From contig BCIN01000003.1 in NCBI GenBank assembly GCA_039545335.1, positions 1,375,941-1,439,940 on the forward strand: 64,000 nucleotides of DNA, written 5' to 3'. Of this stretch, positions 35,601 to 47,552 are shown piece by piece (the stretch's first letter is position 1; the number at the start of each line of letters is the position of its first letter). Position numbers and translations under genes: made by a program. The notes beneath the pieces were generated by a model. That model saw only the letters and a list, made by a program, of their open reading frames with translations, had not been told where the DNA came from and searched no databases. This stretch comes from Kondoa subrosea. Lineage: Eukaryota.

Positions 35601-36559
35601 GAAAGCTAAGAAAGGAAAGAAAGCAGGTGAGCGGCTCATTGCCTTATTCCTCTTCTGTTATATGCTGATCAAAGTCGCAGATGATGCTGAAGAAGACGCT
35701 GAAGAAGAAGAAGTTGAAAAGCCTACCAAAGCGAAAGGGAAGCCCAAGAAGAAGAAGAAGAGATTTAGTCAAGAAGATGTCGACAAAGCTAACGAAGACG
35801 CCGACAACGAATTCGACAAGAATCGTGAGGAAACTTCGAGTGAAAAGTAAGTCGTGCCGGCTGTGCTCTTCAAAAGTCTTTGACGAGTAGCATTCGATAG
35901 GGTTATCATTGCGAAATATAACAAAATCAAATCAAAAGCGGCCAAGTACCAGAAGGTCGTCGATGATATTTTGAAGCAGGTTTGTACAATTCACCTGAGT
36001 AAAGGAGAAAGCCCTTTAACGATCTCCTCTAGGATGTGAAAATTGCTACTTTCCGTACTTCAATGACAGACAAGGCTGAAGGGAAAGTGATCACATCTCA
36101 TCCCAGACGATATGCTGACATTTTGGCGATACAGAAAGGAAGTCAGCGTAAGTTTCCTTTTAGTGGATGTGATCTAAACTCACGGCTACTATCACAGTTG
36201 ACTACTAGTAAGATGTAAGTCTCTTGTTTGCATCAATATGGATCTAGCGCTGATATATCTATCAGTAATTACGTGTGTTGTGTTTCTTTCCGCATGCGCA
36301 ATCGTTAACTAAACGACTCCAACATGCAGATCGAGTAGGTACACTCTAGTGATTTGAAGTTCCCTTCCTAATATTTTGCTATAGCCCGCGCTTGACTGTC
36401 GCTTGGTGCAAGAAGTATGAAATTCCGATCGAGAAAATGTTCTCCAAGACTATGCGGTGCGTGAGGTTAACGATGCTACAAAGCCTACCTCACATATTCT
36501 TCTGCTACAGCGAGAAGTTCACTTGGGCAATGAGCACTGAAGCCGACTTCCGTTTCTAG
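32647..36559 (+). CDS. TOP1: DNA topoisomerase I (type IB), multi-exon
   Basis: [109 protein letters not shown] and SKINYIDPR; stop TAG at 36557-36559. Confidence 0.97.
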
Positions 36560-37116
36560 TTTGGGATCCATTGGACGTCGCAGATTCGTTATCATTGTAC
36601 CACTTTTAGCATGGCATTGCATGAGACCTCACAGAGATATACGGAATCGAGTCATTGTGGCTCTCAGGCGAAGCGACCAGCGAGCGGAACAGCGAATCGT
36701 GTCTGTCGGCCTTCTTCTGGATGGCCAATAAGATCTTCTGAACACCTTGTCTAGAGTCCACGTCTCTCTGTGCATACAATTGTAAGGTACTGGTGTAGGC
36801 TCGGAGCACCAGTGCGCTGGACACGGTGTCATGACAAAGATCAAAGATTGCCTCGACTGTCGCAATCTGGCGCTCTCATATATACCTCTCTCATTCTACT
36901 CGCAGCTGGCTACATGACGCACTGCCAGCTCTGCGCTCTCCTCCGTGCTTCCGTCTACCAAGGTACAGGCGGTGCATTTGAAGTATTCGTCAAGCGACAC
37001 GGAAAGCTGTGTTTGGACGCGACGGCACCGCTCTCGTCGTAGCGTCCGTCTGACTCGTCTTACTGCATCCTCTTTCCTTGCTTCTCTTGCTTCCACTACT
37101 CGACTTGCCTTTGAAT

Positions 37117-40100
37117 ATGACGGCGTTCGGTCTCACGATGTTTGGCCCTGCTGGACTTCACGTTCCATTGGCCGGTGATATTAGCTCAGTCCCAGTCGAA
37201 GTACAAGCCAAATTATCTCGACACAAGCTTGACCAAGAAAGCCTACTATTGATATGTGCAGTAATTGGGAGAGCATACAGCTCGCCTGTTGGGTACCTAG
37301 TCGATTCTATAGTACATTGCATCCACGTCGCAAAGCTGATGACAGCTCAAACTTGCCAACAGCAACCCTTCATGAGCCAGTGAGGTGTCCAATCTCAGCA
37401 CAATTGAAGCAATGAGCTCATTATTCTTACAGCCCCAGAGGTGGTAAAGGCGTTTATCTCACCGAAAATATACCGGAAGGCTCTACAGTGAGGCTGTTCC
37501 CACCAGAAATCCGAATCTTGAACTAATATCGTGACAGATTTGCAAAGAACTGCCGCTAATCATCCTGCCTGCAAATGCTCAAGCCAATCTGCTGAAAGAT
37601 ATTGTCGATTCCTTACCTGATCAAGTTAGGAACATGTGAGCGGAAATTTGGCTACTACAATATCCTAACTGATGAATGGGTAGGATAAATTCGATGCCCG
37701 TACATCCCGAAAGCCAGCAGACTGAAGATCACTCCATAGCCAGATACTCTCAAGTACTGCGGTACAATAGCTTTCTGCTCCAGCTGCCGCCCTGGGGGAG
37801 CACCTTTGTTGCTCTATATCCTGCACTCAGCAAGATGAATCACTCTTGCTCGCCTTCCGCCGAGCTTTCTACCAATGGACTTGAGCTCACGATCTCTGCT
37901 CCGGTTACAGCTTCGCGTATGAGCGGTAAGCTAAACCTGATGCTCGAGAAAACAGTTATTGCTGATGCTGTATTGTCTGCAGAACTGACCTATGCAGCGT
38001 TTGATGTGTTCCTGCCTCGTGAATCTCGTCAGGCGGAATACCGTGCTCACTTTGGAGGAAGTTGCGGCTGTGGAACTTGCAATCCTATGCGGAAGTATAT
38101 GACTGCAGCCTCGGACCTGCGCAGGCAGTACATCTTTGAGCAATTGCACAATCTTCGTAAGCAGGCATTGTGACTCCGTCGCTCACCTCTTTCTGAGTGC
38201 AATTATCATAGCTACGGATGGCTCGGGTAGTATGACTCAGCTTGAAGCAAAGCGACTTCTTTGGGCTTGCGAGACAGTAAGCTATTCGCGTTAGACCTTC
38301 GATATCGAGCTGAATATACGCTCATAGGAGAAACTGCCTTTCAGTACGTGCCGATTGAGCGAAGGCAGCGAAGACTCCTGACTCACCGACACTACAGGAC
38401 GTAAGGAAATTCTGAATCTTATTGCCAGCTGCACCTCTACCGTCAATGCCCCTATTCGTAGGCAGACATTGATGGTTGCGCAGTACTGAATGCTAAACGA
38501 TTTTACTGCTGTAGCTCCTGCGCCTTTGCGTAAGTTGTGACCTAGATCCATATTGCCTCGCTTACTCGCGAGCTCAAGCTTCAGTTATGCCGGCTCCTAC
38601 TCCCGCGCCGCCAGTTGTGATGCCTCCAGGTATGTGATACCATGCATTTGCGATATGACTAAATCTCGAAATAGCTCGTGAGCGAAACTCTTTTGTGTCA
38701 TCGACATACTAACGTAGATTGCTTCAACTAGCACCGCCTCGCAAGTCCCCTCTCATTCATACTTAATTATAGCTTATTGATTGCATTGATAGCACCCGCT
38801 ATGCCCCGTAAGTGCGTTTTGAGCGACACTAAGCGGGCTCTAACTTGCTCATAACAGCACCTCCACCGTCAGCTCCCGCTTCTATAGTACCTCCGACATC
38901 GCTGGAACAATCTAAACCTTCGACACCCGGATCTGTTGTCCCTTCAGCATCTTCTGAAGAAACCAACTTGTTTGGAGCTGTTCAAATTCCGCCGTTCAAC
39001 TGGTTCAGACCTGAAGTTATGAGCGAAGATCGTGTAGCTGATAAGCCTGCATCTTTCCGCTCACCGAAGACGCCTATCCCTATACTCAGAGTGAAGTCAC
39101 CTCAGACTGGTCATTGCGCACGAGAAGATGAAGATAATACACCACCCTCGTGGCACCTACCCTTACCAAAGATCATACCAGTCGTGCAAGACTCTGACAG
39201 TGAATATGGAGAGCAAGAAACACTCGCTTGGGAAAGACCACAACAGCAACATTTGTGCAGTGATCCACCGCCTCTATTGATCACAGCACCTGGAGAGTCT
39301 ACGGTACCGATGTCTTACTCTTTTGAAGACGAAAGAGAACGCCTTGCTAGCCCAAAAATTCAAGACAGCAACAGGGTTGAGCTACCTGTGGAACAGCGAA
39401 GCTATTTCCCGAGCTTTTCTGGACCATCTACCTCTTGCATGTTACCTTCCTTAACAGTGTCTCCTGCAATTGCAAGAGAAGATGCCGAGGTAGTCATAGC
39501 TGATCCATGGTCGTCACTCGATGGCTGGATAGCTTCTGATAATGTATATGGAGATTCTCCTCAATCAAAACTCGAGTCAGAGAAGTATCACCATTTTGAC
39601 GAAGAAGGACTCTCTCAAGACAAGTTTTCGATCGAGGATTTAGCGTACCTACAATCTGAGGAAGACAATGCGCATTTCCTGTTCCGAGAGAACAATACTG
39701 AGTCTGCAAACGCGCAAACTGTCGAACATCACCTAGAAGTCCCGATCTCTCAGTACGCACAAGATCTTTCGTACTTCCCTGATGCTTCAATTCCACCGCA
39801 CATTTCGCTAAGTCTTCGCCCTCCGCTTTTGCCAACTATGGACTCTTTCGCTGCTCAACGCCATCTTCCAGATTCTCGTATGCTACATGAGGATGAATAC
39901 TTCGCTGATCGCAGGGCTAGCTCATGGGAACCTGGGCATGGCTTTGGTTCAAAGGATGGAGCGAATGAATTCGCACAAGTGGAGGTGGCTGGACAGAATA
40001 CAGCGATATCGGTAAGCTTGCGCTATTTCTATATTCTCTATTGTTGTATTCTAGTTCACTGATTTTCTATTTCAGCAGGAACTAGTACCCTTACCTCGTC

Positions 40101-40192
40101 GCAGCTCTTTCCCTCTTACTTTCGAAGAAGAAGACGACGAAGAAAGCACGACTGCTCGCTTCGTCTGCTACTTTGAACAGCATACGACATGA
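37117..40192 (+). CDS. SET-domain protein (SMYD/Set5-like) with micro-exon-encoded Pro-rich linker and long acidic disordered tail
   Basis: GGKGVY, E.PL, NSF, LSKMNHSCSP, ELTY and post-SET CGCGTC. One spliced frame links this to ORF 38845..40062 and a last exon ending in TGA at 40190-40192. The start and linker exons are inferred. Confidence 0.72.
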
Positions 40193-40558
40193 TTATCGAA
40201 GCTCTTGAGGCTCAGTAATCAGCGTCGGCTTTAGTTAGCTGTTTGATTCATAAGAATCGGAAACCGCATGTACTGATCTTTGAATCGTATACTATGTATA
40301 ATACTGTTTTTACAACCCGTCGCCTTGGAATGCCCATCAATCGAAGCCAATGCGTGATATGGTAATAGCCGAGACAATATTTAAAGTGAGTCTCTGATTT
40401 GTAATCGCTCCGCCTTGAGGGCGAGATCTCAACGCCCGCACTAGACTCCAGCTGATGGGGATTGCTCTCTCAGACGACTTAGATTCCACTTAAATCATTA
40501 TCGGCCTGCAGGTTGAGGCGAAAGTTGCGCCGGCGAGCGAGAAAGGCAGAGGAAATTT

Positions 40559-41833
40559 ATGAGCAAAAGCATTCCAATACCTGGTATCGAAGAGGTCCGC
40601 GTGGAGCTACTTCAACAATATGCAACCCAAGTCTTGGGACCTGTGGTACTCGGAGAAATGATTTACATTGTCCTCGGCGGAGCATGTCTGACAAGCGCTG
40701 TATATGTATTTTCGTCAACCTGGACTACTCTATCGCTCTATAATAGAAGATCGCTGGTCGCTATCATTCTGTTCAGTCTGATGTTGATGGGTGCATGTAT
40801 GCAGGATATATGGTACTATGCCACTACCACGGACAAGAGTCGGGCAGCCGTACGAGTATACACCCATTCGCAAGCATTCCAACCTTTACCGGCTGGCGCT
40901 GTGCTTTTCGTTGCTCAGCTATTCTTCCTTAAGAGATGTCGCTACTTCCTGCAAGACAGCAGATTTCTTCCATTGGTCGCCATCTTGTACTGCTTTGTCG
41001 TCGCAACATTTGGCAGTGTTATCGCTGTCACAGTGGCCAATTTTCTTTCCATTCACAACATCGGCATCAAATCGGGTTATCTCATAGTTGCAAATCAGCT
41101 CTGGTTCTGGATAAATCTAGTCACCGAATGCAGCATTGCTGCAACCCTGTCATGGAGGCTCTGGCTATTTAAGGGCGGGAGTGACGCGGACGAATACATC
41201 TCGTTCAGGGTGGTCAGTCAGACTGTTTGTGCCATAACTCCAATTCGGACTGTTTCATGCTAGGAAACGAAAGTCAACAGAATTGTGCGAGTTGTAATTG
41301 GATCTGCTCTGCCCACAGCTCTGTCTGCGATTGTTGGAGCTATAGTCTACCTTGTCTATCGCGAAACCTGGCTTTATGCGCTTGCGTAAGCGTGCTATTC
41401 AGTCTATACCGAATCTTATACTGATGTGCGAATGTAGATGGGTCTTCCTCCTGCCAATTCCAGCGCTCGAGACCTTTTCATTTCTTTTCGTGAGTGCAGT
41501 TCTATACATTGTAATCAGCTCATTCCAACGATGAATTCATCAGGCTGTTCTGGGCTATCCTGTACTCTTTCCCTCGGCTTCAGTGCATTGTTCAGGCAAA
41601 CCAACCAAGGATATGACAATACCCGCTGCGCGCACAAGTCCGGTACTCAACACACGGGTATCTGGGCGCATAGGTCAAGGCGACGAAACAGGAACTATGC
41701 CAGTGGTCGGTTCCAACACTGAAAGAGCCAGTGAGTAACCATCTTTTATCCAGGCTTTTCCTTGTCTGAATTGCTCCTAGAAACGGATGAATGTGCTTGT
41801 GAAGTCAAGTGGGGTGAACAAGTCAACGTATAA
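40559..41833 (+). CDS. Basidiomycete-type multi-pass (about 7 TM) membrane protein, DUF6534-like
   Basis: LGPVVLG first TM, VAQLFFL.R, W..NLVTECSIAATL.W.L, then RIVR.VIGSALPTA; GT-AG introns; stop TAA at 41831-41833. Family name is from memory. Confidence 0.65.
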
Positions 41834-42165
41834 GAAGAGATCGTCAATCGCAAAATCGTTCCAAGTGTATTCATGTAGCAGAGTGTCGTTTAGTGTTTTT
41901 ATCGTTTGTATTCGAGGAGTAAAGCATGGAAGAACAAATACATCCATAGCACTCTGATTCAAAAGCTGCAGAATAACGATGCATCAAATTTGGATGACAG
42001 CGAAGCAGATGATTTTGATTCCGAGCCAGAAGACATTTGAACAAGGCCTAGAAGAGCTTTCCCAGATGTGCTAGCGAGATATAGGGATTTTGAAAGAATT
42101 CGAATTTCCATGTACAATACTACTTGCATGCAGTATTGGCAGCTTTCTATCTCCTCGTCCCGAAG

Positions 42166-43326
42166 TTACGGCAATATCCAGCGACCAAAGACAACACCCA
42201 GCACTCCGAGCGTATAACCGGAGAATTTCTCTAATCGCGGATGAATGAGAACAGCTCGGAAAACATAAGCCTTGTAAGTACCTGGCGGCGTATGAAAGTA
42301 TACAGCAGTCATAAGTAGCCTTGAATACCATTAGCCGTGCTTGTACAAAGGAAAGCAGACGACTTACATCCAGCACCAAAACACCACAAGCAATCCTACA
42401 GCTATCCTGACGCCTTTATGAAACTGCCATTCCGTTCCTGGACTTCGCAATGGCATAGCAGCCTGAGCGACCGCATTCTTGACAGCATGACGGGCCACTA
42501 TCGCCAGTTCTGATATCAAGAACAAACTTGCGTGCACCAACAAAAAGGTATGCCCTGATACATCATGACCACCTGACCATCTTGGTCTTACTTGAGCTCC
42601 AATTTGCCCTGGTGTTCTTCGCGGTAGCATACATAAAACAGGATCGAGAGTCGTTGAGTTCATTGTAGCTGGATCTGAAGAAATGCAGTTCGCGCCTGAA
42701 TAGAGCAGAACTTGAGTTGCTACATATTGAGTGAAGAGATACCAGTAAGCTGTTGCTATGCACCATCTACCGATCGAGCGAAGAAGAGTAGAGCGAGTGA
42801 GGAAAGGTTGGGTGAAGAGTAGAGGAAGGAAGACAAGCGTCGTCCAGAACCTTTGAACCGGTTCATGAATAATTAGTCAAGCGATCTCTGAAATTGATTG
42901 ACTTACCATGCTAGCTTGACTCCGTATTGATTTGCAGGATTCCGCTTGTCAGCCCACCATGAAGGAATCTCTGGAGTGAGAGTGCCCAAGTTCATCGCAG
43001 AGACAGGTGCTCTTGCTCGAGCTTCATTTTCCTGCCAAAGGAAACAAAGTCACGTCATTACACGTTGTTCGCTCGTGAAAAACAAGAGTGAAATTTACGG
43101 CATGAGAATGATGGAAATGAGAGTAAGTCATTCCGAGACAGATGATGACAAAGAGAGAAAAGATAGAGAGTAAGAGAGTTCTATCCACATTTTGTGCACT
43201 TTGTGATCTCAGATCTGCAACTTTGGGTTCTTCAGGGTCCATCTTGTCTCCCCTTTCTGTGAGCGGTGGTGCTTGTGGTGCTCTCATCTGCCTCTGTCTC
43301 GCCAACCCCGAGTTATTAGGCGTCAT
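42166..43326 (-). CDS. SCS3: FIT-family (fat storage-inducing transmembrane) acyl-CoA diphosphatase
   Basis: ADKRNPANQYGVKLAW.WTT, W.GGHDVSGHTFLL and W.WMLLMTAVYFHT..EK.SG, carrying both conserved His motifs. The start may be at 43326, 43287 or 43242. Confidence 0.9.
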
Positions 43327-43366
43327 GCAGAGTGAAATTCGTCAAGGTCGACGTTGGCTTGTAACC

Positions 43367-46251
43367 ATGCAAGCCTTGGAACCGACTCATGTAGCTCTGT
43401 TATGCTGCATAAAGCATCTATTCAAGAAATCAGCAGGAGAGACTGGCCCTCTGCCTCAATTGAATCTTTATTCCTATTTACTCGAATGTGTTTATGAAGT
43501 GCGCGCTGGCTTGACGTTTGCTTTACATTGGAGCTCCTTTGCTTATGCTCCACTTATCAGCTCAATACTCCTCCTTCTTCCTTAAAAGAATTCGAGGACC
43601 GTTTGTTTGACTTGCCTTACGAAGAACCTGAACAAAGTACATCTGCAAGTACACAACTGGTACAGCTCTTTGATCGAAATCATAAGCCTAGAATAGATGA
43701 AGATGGTCAACCTGTACTTGGAACAAAAAGTCAAGCGGAATCCATAGCTTCGCTCATCAACCTGGCAGATGCCATTCGAATGAACTTTGCAGATATCGCT
43801 CATAGAAGAACGGATGGTGTAGTCAAGATCTTTGCAGAGGTCAAGACTTTGTTGTGTGAGAGAGATGAGCAAGAAGTACAAAATAGCATCTATGCTAGAC
43901 CACCTCTCGTTTGGTCTTATCTTGATCTCCTAGTCTTCAGTAGCTTAGCATCTACTAGGAACGAAGATCTCCTATCGGCTTATTCGTCCGTCGGATGCAT
44001 CTTACCTATGCTCGCAAACCGTACGATGCTATCCTGAAATTCGTCGACCGATGCATCATTTGGTCAGGAGGTTCTGCAGTGAGCGAAGACTGGAATCTAG
44101 AGTTCGAATTATCTATGATGGATGAAGATGTCAGAATCAAGGATTGGTCTCACTTCATTGCTCCTGGCGCAGATTTGGACCTGCCAGAATTTTCTTCCAA
44201 AGGCAAGAATAGAGAAGATACCGCAACAACACAACGTGGTCTAGCATATGACGAGTGAGTGTAGTAGAACAGTTGTTGATAGAAGTGTTCTTATTATTCC
44301 GGCAGCTACATGAAAGCAAAACAAGCTGGTCATCCACTTCAAGCGCAAGCAGCTCTTCGTCGATTCTATGATTTCAGATTGCCAGGTCCAGCTAATCAAG
44401 GCCTTCGAGCTTTCAATCAACCTCGAGCTCTTTTATCATTAGCTGCTTTGCATCTCGAGCAAGAAAGTTATCCTTCCGCTCGTGCTGCATTGGAAGAGAG
44501 TATGCGCATAGCTCGATTGGTCGGCGATAGAGATTGCCTTCTATTCTGTGGTGGATTGAAGAAGAGGCTGGATCTGCTCGATCTAGATGGTGTACCGTCA
44601 GGCGAAACAGATGCAACAAGTGTAGGAACAAGTACAGATCAGTTGTGGGCTATCAAAAAGGGTCTAACAGATGTAGGGGCTGGCGTTCGACTTTCAGTTT
44701 GAGACTGATTAGGTCTTGGCCGCGGTCCTACAGGGCCAACCTGTTCACGATCTTATGTTACACCTCTTCCGAGCAAAAGCTCTGATGCCGCCAGATATTG
44801 TTGGTCTTTCTTTCGAAGTTGCTCGCTGGCAAAAGAACTACGAGGCTATTGCAGCTGAACTGTGGTCTCTTCTCGGTAAGAGATATCTTTGCAAAAGAGT
44901 TTGGATCAAAGCACTCATTGCCGTCATAGGATCCGAAACTTTGTCTTCTGCGCACTGGAAGCTGTCAACGGAAGTAGACTTGAATGTGGAAGCTTCTTAT
45001 ACTGCAATTACTCGGGAAGCAGCTAAAGTAAGAGCTCGTGCTTGACATTGATCTTTCGCTGATCGCTCCGCAGTTGACACATCGAGGGCAGTACGAATCT
45101 GCGCTGGCTCTGCTTCTATCTGCCTGTATACCAGGGACAGAAGATTCGCATCAGCGATATGTAAAAGCTGGTCTATCTGCCAAAGACTTTCGAAAACTGC
45201 ATTCTGCTTTCTGGCATGTTTGGCGCGTCAGAGCTACTCGAGCGTACGTGCTATCCCTACAGAGTTTTACCTTGGATCTCAATTTTCGTCGTAGCGGTCA
45301 TCATCGCATCCTCAATCAGCTGGAGCAAATAGACTTCTCTTACAAAACGGAGACGGATCATGCGCCTTTAGAGCTGTTCGTGGAAGGTCCGACCAATCCA
45401 ATTGGCTCAGAAACGCATGTTTGCTCGCTATTGGCAAAGAGCAAGAAGCTGATCGTAAGGTCGCTCCACATGAAAATTCTTCGTTGCTCACAAATTATGT
45501 CAGGACCTTGGGAACTCTGCGCTGGCTCTGCAATCTTTGCTCGAAGCGCTTACACTGTCGTCATTGGCTGAAAAAAGCGAACTTGCAGATAGCATAAAAA
45601 GCGATTCGGCCGGCAAGGGGCTCGTTGCGTTGCATCTGCTTGCTATAGTAATGCTGGCAGAGGTTGAAATTCAGTTCAATGCGTCTAGAAAGGGAGGCGT
45701 TCAATTGCAAGCGATCTGGCCACAGGTGAGTTCGGTGCCATTTTGGGAACATCCCGGCTGAAGTTAGAATTAGATTTTGGCATCTTCAGATCCAGAGCTG
45801 CGAGCGTATGCCTATACCACGAGGGCGCGATGCTTGATAGCTGCCGAGGCAGAGGGTATGTCGCGTCGTTCCGGAGAACCTTCTTTCGCTCATCGATCTC
45901 TAGCAGACGACTGTCATGAAGCGATCCAGCTGCTACAAGCTGCTTTGAAAGGTAATGCAACATTTTCCATTCAGTTTCATTTGACCTGGATCTCACTTAT
46001 ATTCAACAGAGTACGAAAGCCTCTCGCATTTCCAGCAAGTGGCGCAAGTACTAGCAGATCTAGCGACACTCGAAGACAAGCTAGATCACACGAACAAGCG
46101 CGATGAATATGCAGAACGCTGGCTTAGTATCACAGACAACTCGACAAGCGCTATCGAAGAAGAGAAGCTATCGGAAGAGTTAGCGGACTTCTCAAACATT
46201 TGGACTGCCTGGTCTGTAGAAGTAGCATCTATAGTTGATCATGATGAATGA
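43367..46251 (+). CDS. APC5: Anaphase-promoting complex subunit 5, multi-exon
   Basis: Spliced RRSPIGLFVRRMHLTY and LRRFYD...RALLSLAALH...ARAALEESMRIAR..GDRDCL match the Apc5 N-domain and ANAPC5 TPR-like motifs; helical-repeat C-terminus. Confidence 0.82.
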
Positions 46252-46293
46252 AATGTCAAGAATGCTTTCGCTAGCTGAAACAACTAATGTATG

Positions 46294-47272
46294 CTAGAAT
46301 CTTCTGCTAACTTGTGTACATACGGTGCACATACTCTGACGGGGACCACCAAAGCTGCTGGATGTAAGAGTTCTGTCACATCCGCTGCATTCCCTCTTCA
46401 AACCTGCTGGCTGATCCAATATTTCAAGAGGGAGAAACCCATTGTTGCAGTATTTGTCGGTACGTAGGCGTCTTTCTGGGTGAAGAGCGGCGTAACGAGC
46501 TGTGAGATTGAGGAGATTGGTGACAGACCCATCGATCAACTTCTTGTACAGTCCGGCAAGCTTGTAAATATCGATAGAAGCGTATTGTAACACAAGTTGA
46601 GACAGAGGGCGTTGAAGCCAAACTCCCGAATGATCAGTTGCATGCAGCGCAGTGACAGTTTCGTAAACTAAAGCAGGAAGATCAGAATAATAGTGGTCTT
46701 TCTTTTTGCGAGGACTTATTTTTGGTAGAAGTACGCTTATCATCAGAGCTGAAGATACGATATTCGTCCGCACTTCTTTGCATGCCGCTAACAGCCCAAA
46801 CCCATCCAGCACGTTTGGCACCTTCCATCCGCATACGCCTGGAAATTTCCGCCAATTGCAAATCGACAAGACCCTTCATGATAACACCTTGTCCTATTTT
46901 GAGTTCTGTCCAATCAGATCTGCAATCCCACATAACTTTCAAATAACTTTTATCCTCGAGGATTCGCCAAAGACCAGAGAGATCATCAATATCTTTGCTT
47001 TTCACATCGACCAGATAGACGTCGACATCGTATTTGAAACCTACTGCAGGAATACCAACTTGAACCAAACCAAGTTCGCCTTTTGTAGTACCAATTTCGT
47101 AACCCTCAGTATCCAAGAGGATGTAGGCATTGCGTCTGGCTGAGAAGTGCTTGGTAAGAGCTGCAGCCAATTGATTGAGGGAAGTATCATTTGAGACAAG
47201 CGTATATGGCCAGTCAGGATCTGAGGAAGAAACTTGCAAGCCGTTGATACGGGCAATGAGTTCGTCAGCCAT
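46294..47272 (-). CDS. DEDDy 3'-5' exonuclease (EXD1/Egalitarian-like) with C-terminal 4-Cys zinc-finger-like motif
   Basis: ExoI LDTEG, L.LVQV, VYLVD, ExoII KVMWDCRSD, DLQLA, W.QRPL, ExoIII YASID; then CSGC-x16-CTVC. One intron at about 46668-46734. Confidence 0.85.
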
Positions 47273-47552
47273 GTTTTTGAGGATACAAAAGACTGAACAA
47301 GAGCAAGCAGCAGAAGAGATGTATCAAAAAAAAGATGGAACAAGCAAATTCATTTGCTTCTGTCTTAGACCCCAGCAAAATGAATCTATCTCAAGATAGA
47401 GATTGGTTAACACGTAAATGCAGATAGACTAGATTGGGAGTCGCACAGAGATGATACGACCCTGATTGTTTCAAATGATAGGTGAAAGCAATAGATGAAA
47501 TAAGATGAGATGAAAATGGTCGGATCGAAGTTCACTAAATGCAAATGACATT

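Noticed and set aside
36560..37116. Short ORFs on both strands between TOP1 and the SET gene
   Set aside because: No recognisable motif or convincing splice structure; treated as UTR or promoter.
46668..46734. Second ATAAGT donor (46719, minus strand) in the exonuclease intron, suggesting another AT-AC intron
   Set aside because: No AC acceptor restores the frame, and a canonical 67-nt GTACTT...TTTAG intron does. A 52-nt AT-AG variant is also in frame but is not needed; only cDNA could support it.
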